From: Thermoproteota archaeon
GTDB lineage: Archaea > Asgardarchaeota > Jordiarchaeia > Jordiarchaeales > Freyrarchaeaceae
Assembly (NCBI GenBank): GCA_029258835.1
Contig: JAPDJY010000030.1
Coordinates: 32,001-96,000, forward strand
DNA length: 64,000 nucleotides
Direction of reading: 5' to 3'
Part shown: piece after piece, positions 48,498 to 57,513 of the stretch
How positions within the stretch are numbered: position 1 is the stretch's first letter
Layout: every line of letters starts with the position of its first letter
Position numbers and translations under genes: made by a program
Notes under the pieces: model-generated
Told to the model about the DNA's origin: nothing
Database searches by the model: none
What the model saw: only the letters and a program-made list of their open reading frames with translations

Positions 48498-49751
48498 ATG
48501 GGTAAGCTGGCTAGAGGTGTAGCGATTATAGGTGCCGGGATGAGCAAGTTTGGAGCCTTTAAGGATAAGACGACGAGGGAGCTTTTCGTAGAGGCCTTCC
48601 TAGAAGCCAAAAACAGCGTGGACAATGGGATAGATGTTAAGGACATTGAAGCCTTATTCCTCGGAAACTTCTCGAATGACATATTCGAGGGCCAAGTCCA
48701 CACTGGACCACTAATGGCAAACATGGTAGGAATAACGCCTGCTCCGGCAATGAAGATAGAGGATGCATGTGCAAGCAGCGGGGTCGCACTGCGCCTCGGC
48801 ATACTAGCGATCGCCTCGGGGGTGCATGACATAGTATGTGTTGGTGGAGTGGAGAAGATGACCAACCTCGAAACAGCCAGGGTAACCGACGTCCTCGCAT
48901 CCGCAGCCGACGCGTTCTACGAGTTCCCAGCAGGGGCAACTTTTCCCGGGCTATACGCGGAAATGGCCAATGCACACATGAAAAGGTATGGTACGACCAT
49001 TGAGCAGTTAAGGCTGGTGGGAATCAAAAATCATGAAAATGGCGCTTTAAACCCTAAAGCCCAGTTTCAAGCGTCCATAAGAGACATCATGAAGTCGAGG
49101 ATGGAGAAAGCTAAGGCTAAAGGCTTGCCTGTGCCGACGTGGAAGGACGAAATGGAGTTCCTAGAGGACCCTGCGGCAAACCCCATCATAGCGTGGCCCC
49201 TCAGGCTGTTTGATTGTAGCCCGATAACAGACGGAGCGGCAGTGGTGATTTTGGCAGCGGAAGAAATTGCGAGAAAGTTCACCGACACGCCGATATATGT
49301 GGCTGGAACGGGTCAGGGCAGCGACGCCCTCGCCCTCCATGATAGAGAAGATTTAACCTCCCTCAGGGCTGCTAGGGTCGCGGCGAGGGAGGCGTACCGC
49401 ATGGCTGGTGTAGAACCAAAGGACATTCAGCTAGCGGAGGTGCACGACTGCTTCACGATAGCTGAAATAGTCGCGACAGAAGACCTTGGCTTCTTCAAGC
49501 CCGGGGAAGGCGGGAAGGCGGTTGAGGAAGGCGTTACTAAAAGAGACGGCGAGAAGCCGATAAATACTTCAGGAGGGCTAAAGGCTAAAGGGCATCCCGT
49601 AGGAGCAAGCGGGGCGGCGCAGGTCGTTGAAATATGGCATCAGCTAAGGGGCTCAGCAGGACCAAGACAAGTTTCCGGAGTCGAACTTGCTCTAACCCAT
49701 AACGTTGGAGGGTCAGGGGCTAGCTGCGCCGTCCACATCTTCAGGAGGTGA
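48498..49751 (+). CDS. Thiolase (archaeal/SCP2-like acetyl-CoA acetyltransferase)
   Basis: EDACASS, GVEKM, DCSPITDGAA, EVHDCF, GGLKAKGHPVGASG, HNVGG. Confidence 0.95.
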   Translation: MGKLARGVAIIGAGMSKFGAFKDKTTRELFVEAFLEAKNSVDNGIDVKDIEALFLGNFSNDIFEGQVHTGPLMANMVGITPAPAMKIEDACASSGVALRLGILAIASGVHDIVCVGGVEKMTNLETARVTDVLASAADAFYEFPAGATFPGLYAEMANAHMKRYGTTIEQLRLVGIKNHENGALNPKAQFQASIRDIMKSRMEKAKAKGLPVPTWKDEMEFLEDPAANPIIAWPLRLFDCSPITDGAAVVILAAEEIARKFTDTPIYVAGTGQGSDALALHDREDLTSLRAARVAAREAYRMAGVEPKDIQLAEVHDCFTIAEIVATEDLGFFKPGEGGKAVEEGVTKRDGEKPINTSGGLKAKGHPVGASGAAQVVEIWHQLRGSAGPRQVSGVELALTHNVGGSGASCAVHIFRR

Positions 49752-49757
49752 AAATCT

Positions 49758-50162
49758 ATGAGTTCCTCCGGCTTCACCGTTAAAGCGTTTAAAGATTTCC
49801 TGAAAGAGAGGAAACTTATGGGTGCTAAGTGCAGGAGCTGCGGGATGGTTAATTTCCCTCCTCGCCCATTATGTAAGAGTTGTCATGGAAGCGAGCTCGA
49901 ATGGGTGGAACTGGAAGGCAAAGGCACATTGGTAACGTTCTCGGTTGTATATGTGGCTCCAACACCACTAGTTGCCGAAGGATACGGGCGAGATAACCCT
50001 TACGTGTTCGGCGTAGTGGACCTTGGACAGGGGGCGAAGGTAACAGCGCGGATAGTTGAAGTAGACGCCAAGAAGCCGGAAACTATAAAGATAGGAATGA
50101 ACATGGAAGCCGTTTTCATAGAAAGGAACGGGGAAACCGTTCTGGCTTTTAAACCAGCCTAA
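49758..50162 (+). CDS. DUF35 Zn-ribbon/OB-fold thiolase partner
   Basis: CRSCG...PP...C..C, PY..G.V.L. Confidence 0.92.
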   Translation: MSSSGFTVKAFKDFLKERKLMGAKCRSCGMVNFPPRPLCKSCHGSELEWVELEGKGTLVTFSVVYVAPTPLVAEGYGRDNPYVFGVVDLGQGAKVTARIVEVDAKKPETIKIGMNMEAVFIERNGETVLAFKPA

Positions 50163-50235
50163 CGCCACCCTTCTTTCCTTATTTATTATTTACTGCCTTA
50201 CAGCTCCTCCATCGAAAAGAAAAAAGGAGAGTTGG

Positions 50236-50676
50236 TTAGTAGAGGACGCGGTCGGCTACGAGAAGAGCTGCCTCTCCCTCGACGCACACTTCCCCCCTCT
50301 GATTCTTGATTTCATATTTGAACCTGACAACTCCTCCTGGATATTTTGACGTTGGCTTTTTCTCGACTACCTCTCCCTCCGTGTGAATAGTATCCCCTAC
50401 TTTTACGGGTGCTAAAAACTTGTATCTCGCCTCTAGGAATGCTATAGCCGTGCCTGCAACAAGCATTCCCATAAACCCTGACATGAGCGTTATGGTTAGA
50501 AGTCCATGCGCTATTCTTGCTCCGAAGGGTGTTTTCTTCGCGAATTCGTCGTTTACGTGGAGTGGGTTGAAGTCTCCTGAGAGCCCTGCAAAAAGCGTGA
50601 TGTGTGCGTCTGTCACCGTTATCGCTGGCGAGACGAACTTTTCCCCTACTTCAAACTCGTTGAATGTTTTAGGCAT
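50236..50676 (-). CDS. MaoC-family (R)-enoyl-CoA hydratase
   Basis: FA.LSGDFNPLH, IAHG, F.APV..GDT. Confidence 0.93.
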   Translation of the reverse strand: MPKTFNEFEVGEKFVSPAITVTDAHITLFAGLSGDFNPLHVNDEFAKKTPFGARIAHGLLTITLMSGFMGMLVAGTAIAFLEARYKFLAPVKVGDTIHTEGEVVEKKPTSKYPGGVVRFKYEIKNQRGEVCVEGEAALLVADRVLY

Positions 50677-50729
50677 TCTCTCTCCTCCGCACTTATCTGC
50701 TTCTTACCTGTTTATTTATTTACCATTTA

Positions 50730-50862
50730 TTTTATGTATGTATATGTTTACATATGTTTATACATGTTTTTTGTGTTTTACATATAGTGAACATATGTAC
50801 ACTTGTTTTTTATGTAAAAAATTCTTATTTTATTCAATAATCATTTATACATATATACATAA
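50730..50862. promoter_or_regulatory. AT-rich divergent promoter with repeated TGT-N-ACA/ACATATGT palindromic units
   Basis: tgtttaca, acatatgt (x2), tgtttataca, tgttttaca, tgtaca, tacata repeats. Confidence 0.5.
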
Positions 50863-50871
50863 ATTCCGTGG

Positions 50872-51132
50872 GTGATGCTTATGGCCGTAGCAACCCAAAT
50901 GGTCAAATTCCAAGAAGAAGTTAAAGGCGAGGAACTACCCCCCTCAGCGCTAGAGGTCATAAACATCCTAAGAAGGGAGGGTCCTCTAACGCCAAAGGAA
51001 CTTTTCGAGAAGACCACATTCGCCCCTAGAACGGTCAGGTACGCCTTAAAGATCCTGCTAGACAGGAAGCTGGTGAAAAAAGTTCCAAACCTCAATGACC
51101 TGCGTCAGAACAAGTACGTAGCGCTAGGGTAA
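50872..51132 (+). CDS. Small winged-helix (MarR-like) regulator
   Basis: LPPSA..V...L, PLT.KEL, RTVRYAL..L, NL.D.RQ..Y. Confidence 0.88.
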   Translation: MMLMAVATQMVKFQEEVKGEELPPSALEVINILRREGPLTPKELFEKTTFAPRTVRYALKILLDRKLVKKVPNLNDLRQNKYVALG

Positions 51133-51252
51133 ACGTTGAGTGTTCTCCATGAAATACGCTAGTGCTTTCAAGAAGTCTTGGAGAAAACACTCACCTCTAA
51201 AGGGAAGCTGGGTTTTTAAGAGGAACTAGGGCTTCACAAGGGGGCTCAATGG

Positions 51253-51828
51253 TTGAAGCTGGTTGCTTCTCTTGAAGGTGTGCATGGATGCGGGAAAACA
51301 ACGGTGTTCACCTACCTTCGCTCAAAAAGGCCTGAGTGGGTGTTTTTTCCAGAGTTCCTTGAAGAACCAATGTACCCCTTCGGCTCCAAGGATAAGCAGG
51401 TTGCTTTCAGAGCTGAACTGTGGGTTTTCCAGCAAATGCTAAAAAGAAACGAGTTGATAAGTCGCATTAAGGAAGGAGTCATAGTTTGCGATAGGAGTCC
51501 GATCTGTGTCATAGCATATTCGCATGCCTTATGTTCTAGGGACGACTACATCCTGCTAGAGAATCTTTATAGATCCGTTAACTGGCATGAAGACCTAATT
51601 TTTTACTTTGATGAAAGCTTGGAGGACGCCCTTTTTAAAATAAAGAAAAGGAGAGGGCGGCCGGAAGAATGGAACGAGGATGATCCAGAATACGTTGCGA
51701 AGGTGCTTGAAGGATACGAGAAAGCCTTCAGGAACTTCACCCTTAACGTCGTCAAAGTGAGAAACAGCGACATTGAAAAGCTGGGCGCAAAAATACTAAG
51801 TAAAATCGAAGAATACCTTGAACACTAA
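51253..51828 (+). CDS. Thymidylate/deoxynucleoside kinase-like P-loop protein
   Basis: EG..GCGKTT, EP, DRS, RRGR..E. Confidence 0.8.
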   Translation: MKLVASLEGVHGCGKTTVFTYLRSKRPEWVFFPEFLEEPMYPFGSKDKQVAFRAELWVFQQMLKRNELISRIKEGVIVCDRSPICVIAYSHALCSRDDYILLENLYRSVNWHEDLIFYFDESLEDALFKIKKRRGRPEEWNEDDPEYVAKVLEGYEKAFRNFTLNVVKVRNSDIEKLGAKILSKIEEYLEH

Positions 51829-52085
51829 AGAGGAACACTGACATCCTCAAGTTTAACTAAAGGGCACCTCCCCCTTCTTCACGCTATTTTCCATTACATG
51901 TAGAACTGTTTGGAGCATTACGTTGGTTTGAACGTCCTCCTCTACCGGCATGTTTAGGTGGAATCGTTAATGTTGGAACGCCTTCTGCCTAGGTGTGAAT
52001 CATGGCTCCTTCCGGCCCGAAAATCGGGTTTTGGGCGTTTGCTCCTCTTAGATAACTGTTTTTAAGTTTTCCTGATTTTTTCCTA

Positions 52086-53042
52086 ATGGAGGGGGTTAAG
52101 TTAAAGGTTGCAGAGTATGTTATGCAATGTGCCATTCTCGCCATACTGCTCGAGGTTAGCGGCTACCCTAAGCCGGGTAACGTCCACCGTGTCCGCGACA
52201 GCCCCGAAACAAGGTTTGAGCACTTCTTGGCCGGCGCCGTCGCCATCGGACCCGCTATGGGCAAACTTGCCGAAAACGGCTTCAAGGCAGAAACGGGGGA
52301 AATAAGTTTAAGGGATATTTCGGTGGGCCGCTTCATCCTCGAAGCAGTGGACGCTACTGCTAAATGGCAGAGGGGGGGTAACACGAACCTTGGAACAGTT
52401 CTCCTGTTCTCACCCTTGTCTGCTGCCGCTGGTATGTGCATCGCCTCCTCTGGCGGCGTGTCCGTTGACGAGCTTAGAGGAAACGTTGTGAAGGTTATAG
52501 ATGGCACTACGGTTGACGATGCCGTAAAGGTTTATGATGCCATTCAGCTCGCTAAACCAGGAGGAATGGGGAAGGTAAGCGTGCTTGACGTGAACGACCC
52601 GGAGTCGAAGAGGAAGATCGCCTCGGCCGGCCTCACCTTGAAGGACGTCTTCGCCGTCAGCGCAGGGTGGGATGGGATTAGTGAGGAATGGGTTAACGGT
52701 ATGAGGACTGTTTTTACCATAGGATACCCTGCATTCAAGAAGCATTATGCCGCCACCGGAGACGTGAACGTGGCTACGGTGAACACTTTCCTAACGATTC
52801 TCTCAGAAAAGCCGGATACGTTAATAGCTAGGAAGGCTGGAGCCGATGCGGCACGTTACGTAAGCTCCAAGGCGGAGGCTATTTTGAATGCAGGAGGAAT
52901 CGAGACACCCGGCGGAAGAAGGCTTTGCTGGATGCTAGACGAAGAACTTCATAAAGCGAAGGGAAAGCTCAATCCGGGAACCACCGCAGACCTGACAGCT
53001 GCATCGATCTTCGTCTGCCTGCTGGAGGGCCTCCGGTACTAG
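52086..53042 (+). CDS. citG: CitG-family triphosphoribosyl transferase (archaeal type)
   Basis: LEV...PKPGNV, NTNLG, DTLI.RK.G, NPGTTADL. Confidence 0.92.
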   Translation: MEGVKLKVAEYVMQCAILAILLEVSGYPKPGNVHRVRDSPETRFEHFLAGAVAIGPAMGKLAENGFKAETGEISLRDISVGRFILEAVDATAKWQRGGNTNLGTVLLFSPLSAAAGMCIASSGGVSVDELRGNVVKVIDGTTVDDAVKVYDAIQLAKPGGMGKVSVLDVNDPESKRKIASAGLTLKDVFAVSAGWDGISEEWVNGMRTVFTIGYPAFKKHYAATGDVNVATVNTFLTILSEKPDTLIARKAGADAARYVSSKAEAILNAGGIETPGGRRLCWMLDEELHKAKGKLNPGTTADLTAASIFVCLLEGLRY

Positions 53043-53136
53043 CGTTACACCCCTACTAGGGCTTATTCTATTCCTCGTTGAAGCAGAAAACTTTTCAACC
53101 GTCGCTTACGCTTTTTTATATAAGTAGCGTCTAAGG

Positions 53137-54189
53137 ATGATAATGATGCCCCTAGGTGTTTTTGTAATCCGCTTCTCCGCTAACGCTGTTTCCTTGGAAA
53201 GCTCCTTCCTCCACGACTCCGCGCTGTCAGAAGACGTCCTCGTCTCCTTCTTCTCTAACTACGATCTCAGAGTGGGAAAGGTTGAACGCGTCGAGGTGGA
53301 CCATGAAGAAGTTCTTTTCGGTGTTGTGGGTAAGGGTGAAAGCCTTCTTCTGCTAGGGGTGATCTTAGAGAGCGAGTTGGAGGAGGCCTTCTTTAAACGT
53401 TACGTGTTGGATGAGGCAGCGTTCTTACTGGAACAGTCAGGCGGAAACCTTTTCCTACTTCTAGCTGAAAGCTATAGTAACATGTTAACTAGGGTTTCCC
53501 ACGACGTGGAACGGCATTTGTCGGAGGCTGAGAACCGTGAGCTTTCCATAGGCGACCAGCAGAAAAAAATCGAGTCCGTGCTGGAGTCAAAGTACGATGA
53601 GGAGTTAAAAGTTGCAGAAGAGCTGGAGGTGCTAAAGGAAGGCGAAGACCCTGAGAGCCTCTTCAGGAGGCTTGAAAGCCTTTTCGGCGAAGAAAAAGAG
53701 TTGGAGGAAAAGCTGAAGAACATAGTGGAAGAAAAGGAGCGAGCCCATGAAGAAGCCTCCTCGCTGCAAGCTACACTTAACAAGCTGGGTGAAGTGCTCT
53801 CCCAGCTTCAAACAGTGCTCCTTCAAGCTAGAGCTGCTATGGTAGAGGCCAAACAAGAGGAAAAGGTTGAAGAGGAGTTTTACACGGTGTTTGACGTGCT
53901 TAAGAGCAAGTATGGGGAAGAGAATGCGGTCATATTGGAGTACTTGTACATTATAAGAACTCCTCAGAGCCTTGACGAAATAGTTAACCATCTTAACATG
54001 GATCCTAACACGTTAAGGGAAAAGTTAAAGGAGCTTGTAGCAAGAGGGTACGTGTGCACACTTAGAAAGAAAAAAGCTGAAGATCTTTTCTACACTGTTT
54101 GCCCTTCATGCCCCCTTAACACTAAGTGCATGAAGGAGAGGAAGATGAACTGGGCTGAAATTCTTTCGATGGTGAAAGTTGAAGGCTGA
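53137..54189 (+). CDS. Hypothetical protein: alpha/beta N-domain, coiled coil, winged helix, Cys cluster
   Basis: E-rich coil about aa 120-245; ILEYL..SLDEI..L...L..LV.RGYV; CPSCPL..C. Confidence 0.65.
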   Translation: MIMMPLGVFVIRFSANAVSLESSFLHDSALSEDVLVSFFSNYDLRVGKVERVEVDHEEVLFGVVGKGESLLLLGVILESELEEAFFKRYVLDEAAFLLEQSGGNLFLLLAESYSNMLTRVSHDVERHLSEAENRELSIGDQQKKIESVLESKYDEELKVAEELEVLKEGEDPESLFRRLESLFGEEKELEEKLKNIVEEKERAHEEASSLQATLNKLGEVLSQLQTVLLQARAAMVEAKQEEKVEEEFYTVFDVLKSKYGEENAVILEYLYIIRTPQSLDEIVNHLNMDPNTLREKLKELVARGYVCTLRKKKAEDLFYTVCPSCPLNTKCMKERKMNWAEILSMVKVEG

Positions 54190-55318
54190 AGCAGGATGGG
54201 GTCGTTTGTCGAAGGTTCTCAGGAGAAGAGCCCTCTGCCTAGGCTTGGTTAAAGAGCTGACTTTAAGGCAAGGCACGTTCACCATCCAGGACGTGGTGAA
54301 CGAAACAGGTCTCCCTAGGACCACGGTGCAGGACTGGATTCACCGCCTCGTAGATGAAGGGTTCATTAGAATAATCGAGGAATCTGTTGGACGTAAACCC
54401 GCCAGGTACGCTTACGTTAGAGACGAAGCATTCCCCTACTTGGCATGTAAACGTATTTTTACGGCGGTAGACTTAGACGCAGGCATAGCGGAAATCTACC
54501 ATGAATGTAGCAGTGAAGGCGCAGTTATATTCTGCGCGTTCGAGCACTTTAAGGCTAAAGGGGCGATAATAGAAGCTAGGTATGAGGGAAAATTCCTTAG
54601 AGAGCTAACCATCCTTGGAAGAGAGAGAGAAGTTGCTTCGGGGGCTTCGATGGCTGTAGAGCGGGTGGACGTGGTAGGCGACAAGGTTATTCAAAAGATT
54701 AGGGCTGTCGGCGGACCCGCACACTCACTGACCGAAACCATGAGGTTCGCTCGAGGGCTGAGGGAGCTTAAAGTTAAGCCCATGCAGGGGTATGTTGAGG
54801 GCATCGTTGTCACGGACATGCTCGAGCACGTCACTATAGGCGTAGATGACACCGACAGTCCCGACTCAGGGGCAACCTGGGCGTTAACCTTAGCTTTGCT
54901 TAACAGCCTTAAGGGGCTAGTCGAGGAGATAAGCCATAAGGTTGTCCACTTGAACCCCAATGTGAAGTATAAAACCGTTGGTAACGCTGCAAGCTTCATA
55001 GAGGTTGCGGTAGCACCCAACAAGCTTAATGCATTAATCAGCCACTCGGTGAACTTTCTAGAGAAAGAAACCTACTCGGATAACACGGCTGTAGCGTTTC
55101 TGAAGGGCTTAACGATTCCTGATCCGCTCAAGTCCTTCGCTAACAGGGCGCGACGCATGGAAGTCACGGTGAGCGAGGCTGAAAGGGTAGCTAAGAAGGC
55201 TGGTGTCAGCGTTTACGAGGTTACTGGAAGAAGAGGGATGATAGGGGCTGTAGCTAGCCTAGCCTTCTTTAGAGCTCCTCCCGAAGTCCTTGTGAACTCG
55301 GAAGCCCTCCTGGCCTAA
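54179..55318 (+). CDS. HTH fused to methanogenesis-marker-11/TiaS-like domain
   Basis: FT..DV...GLPRTTVQDW..RL HTH; GVDDTD...GATW, L.P.V..KT..N, G.IGA.A. Confidence 0.75.
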   Translation: MKAEAGWGRLSKVLRRRALCLGLVKELTLRQGTFTIQDVVNETGLPRTTVQDWIHRLVDEGFIRIIEESVGRKPARYAYVRDEAFPYLACKRIFTAVDLDAGIAEIYHECSSEGAVIFCAFEHFKAKGAIIEARYEGKFLRELTILGREREVASGASMAVERVDVVGDKVIQKIRAVGGPAHSLTETMRFARGLRELKVKPMQGYVEGIVVTDMLEHVTIGVDDTDSPDSGATWALTLALLNSLKGLVEEISHKVVHLNPNVKYKTVGNAASFIEVAVAPNKLNALISHSVNFLEKETYSDNTAVAFLKGLTIPDPLKSFANRARRMEVTVSEAERVAKKAGVSVYEVTGRRGMIGAVASLAFFRAPPEVLVNSEALLA

Positions 55319-55320
55319 GA

Positions 55321-55992
55321 CTAGCTTCTTTCAACCCTCCTTACCCTCCTCCGCTTATACTTCGTTCTCAGCTTTTTCTCTTTCTCTCTAATTAGTGCTG
55401 GGCTTACAGCTCTCTTCTTCTCCATTTTCAGGTATTCTCTCAGCCATTCCACGTCCGGGTAGTCTGGAGGCTTCTCCGGCAAGGTTTTCCCGCAGTTGGG
55501 ACACACGGTATTGCCAAAGAGAACTTTTCCGCAGCTCGGGCAGAAGCCATGCCTCAACAGGTTCTGCCTCGTCTTACGGGTTCCAAGTACGTCTATCACC
55601 GCGAAAGCTACGAACCCGCCCATCGCCGCGAAGGCCATGTAAACCATTTCTATCGGCGTTCTCCCCTGAGTGTACCATTGATAGAATATGAAGAATGAAA
55701 GGTTTGGCGCCATGACCATCTGAAGAATGGGAGGGTACTGCGTCTGAAGCCCATTCATAACTATCGCGACGCTTGCCGCAAAGCCTGCTATGTAAAGGGC
55801 TAGCATCCTCTTTATACCCGTCCTCTTAGAGAGCTCTTCATGGGTTAGACATTCTATACATCGTTCCCCGACGAGGCCCTTCACTTTTTCAAGGCATATG
55901 TTGCAAAAGGGTCGTCCGCACTTTACACATCTACCGGTTGCAGCGTACATCGGATGGAACGTACAACTCTGCACCTGCTTCTTTTCCGGCAT
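55321..55992 (-). CDS. Membrane protein with B-box-like Zn finger and double Zn ribbon
   Basis: C.FHP..A...C..C.RP.C..C...C..C, two TM segments, CPSCG...CPNCG. Confidence 0.7.
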   Translation of the reverse strand: MPEKKQVQSCTFHPMYAATGRCVKCGRPFCNICLEKVKGLVGERCIECLTHEELSKRTGIKRMLALYIAGFAASVAIVMNGLQTQYPPILQMVMAPNLSFFIFYQWYTQGRTPIEMVYMAFAAMGGFVAFAVIDVLGTRKTRQNLLRHGFCPSCGKVLFGNTVCPNCGKTLPEKPPDYPDVEWLREYLKMEKKRAVSPALIREKEKKLRTKYKRRRVRRVERS

Positions 55993-56109
55993 GTCCGTTC
56001 CTCCTTTCCAGCTCTTACAACCTATTAAAAGTTGTTTTTGCCATTTAAAAAGACTTTTTAGCAGTCTACCTCTAATCTCTCCTAAGAGAAAATTGGAGGT
56101 ACAGAACTA

Positions 56110-56421
56110 ATGTGCGAGTTTAGGGTGAAGGTTACGGGTTTAAGCGGCGAGAGGCAAGTTGCAGACGAAATAGTTTATGTTAAAGTAGGAGGAGACGGGG
56201 TAGTCCTAAGGGATATTCTCGGATCAGCCGTGCAGGTAAACTCCGCCATTGTAAGCTACGTTAGCGTGACATCAGAAGAAATACATTTAGTGGAGCATCC
56301 CCTAGTAGGGGCATTCTTAACCTTACTCTCCAAGCTGGAGAATTCGAAAAACAAGGAAGATGTGAAGGCTGCATGGGAATCGTTCGTCAAGGAAGGTGAC
56401 AAAATAATTTCAGAGTGCTAA
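56110..56421 (+). CDS. CooT-family nickel-binding protein with C-terminal extension
   Basis: MCE start, L.DILG motif. Confidence 0.75.
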   Translation: MCEFRVKVTGLSGERQVADEIVYVKVGGDGVVLRDILGSAVQVNSAIVSYVSVTSEEIHLVEHPLVGAFLTLLSKLENSKNKEDVKAAWESFVKEGDKIISEC

Positions 56422-56460
56422 AAGCCAGCACCCTTAAACCTATTAGACATAGAACTTCTC

Positions 56461-57498
56461 TCACGTCGCATCTTCTAAATGTATGTAGTCTCTCGCATTA
56501 GCTTCCTGTGACCCGACCACCACCCGGTAATATTCTTCTCCCCTTCCTTTTACTTTTTCTAGTTTGCCATGCACCCTTACACGCTCCCCCTCCCCAGCTA
56601 TGTCGCAGAAGAGCCCTTCATAGGAGACCACCTCTTTTATCTCTCCAGGACAGTCCCCTTCCAGAATTGTTACGTCTTCGACCTCGTATTTGCATGGTAG
56701 GAAGATCGCGTCCTTACTTGATGAAATTGTTGCTTTGATAGTGCACATACCTACCTTTCGGAAAACCCTGTCTCCGTATTTCTCATCTATTTCTTCGTCG
56801 ATCCTTACAGGATGTATTGAAAACCTCGTCCCCCTATAGAAACCTATGTTCCATTTCCTTTCAAGAATTTTCCGTGCCTGCTTCTTGGAAAGCTGGAACA
56901 CTCCCTCCTTCTTTCTAACCCACTCTTCAGCCGCCCTTCCCGTGAACGTCTTAACATCCCTTCCTCTAAGGGAAAGGATAGCCTCCTTAACCCTTACCGC
57001 GTACCTTCTTCCATAAACTGTTAAGTCAACGTCGGAGAACGAGGGATTATGGATGTCTATTAGAATGGACCCGGTCACTCCGAACCTCCGCAGGGGGACC
57101 CCGCTTTCACGTGAGAGAAGTGAAATCAGGGATAAAGCCTTCTCCTGAAGCGGGTCAACTCTCTTCTCCTCTAAAAGCTTCGCAACTTTCACCTCAGGGT
57201 AGTATCGGGACTCGATCTCGCTTCCGGGAACCGCCGAGAAAACTATCCCGTAAACATCCGAGTAGTACAAGTACTTCGGGTATTTTCTCAGGAATTTGAA
57301 GGTGTCTGCTACTGCGGCGGCATCATATCTTGAGAGTATCCTGTGAAACTTTCCTCTTTTCCCCCACCGGCCAGCACTGCTTGGAACATATTTCAAGTAA
57401 GCCAAGACTCTCCCTGGTGGGTGGGCGTAACCTACAACACAGAAGAAAAAGTTTTCACGTGTTCTCAGAAAGTCCCTGTCACGTTCCATTCTAACCAA
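56461..57498 (-). CDS. Pol-beta-superfamily nucleotidyltransferase (COG1665-like), paralogue 2
   Basis: F.V.G..HPP.RV.AYLKY, GVTGS...SDVDL.VYG, F.P..Y, GE...V.G.LE. Confidence 0.85.
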   Translation of the reverse strand: MVRMERDRDFLRTRENFFFCVVGYAHPPGRVLAYLKYVPSSAGRWGKRGKFHRILSRYDAAAVADTFKFLRKYPKYLYYSDVYGIVFSAVPGSEIESRYYPEVKVAKLLEEKRVDPLQEKALSLISLLSRESGVPLRRFGVTGSILIDIHNPSFSDVDLTVYGRRYAVRVKEAILSLRGRDVKTFTGRAAEEWVRKKEGVFQLSKKQARKILERKWNIGFYRGTRFSIHPVRIDEEIDEKYGDRVFRKVGMCTIKATISSSKDAIFLPCKYEVEDVTILEGDCPGEIKEVVSYEGLFCDIAGEGERVRVHGKLEKVKGRGEEYYRVVVGSQEANARDYIHLEDAT

Positions 57499-57513
57499 GG
57501 TGAACCACCTAAA

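Noticed and set aside
51900-52010. Weak TAGGTG(T)GAATC repeats
   Set aside because: Two degenerate copies only; no array structure
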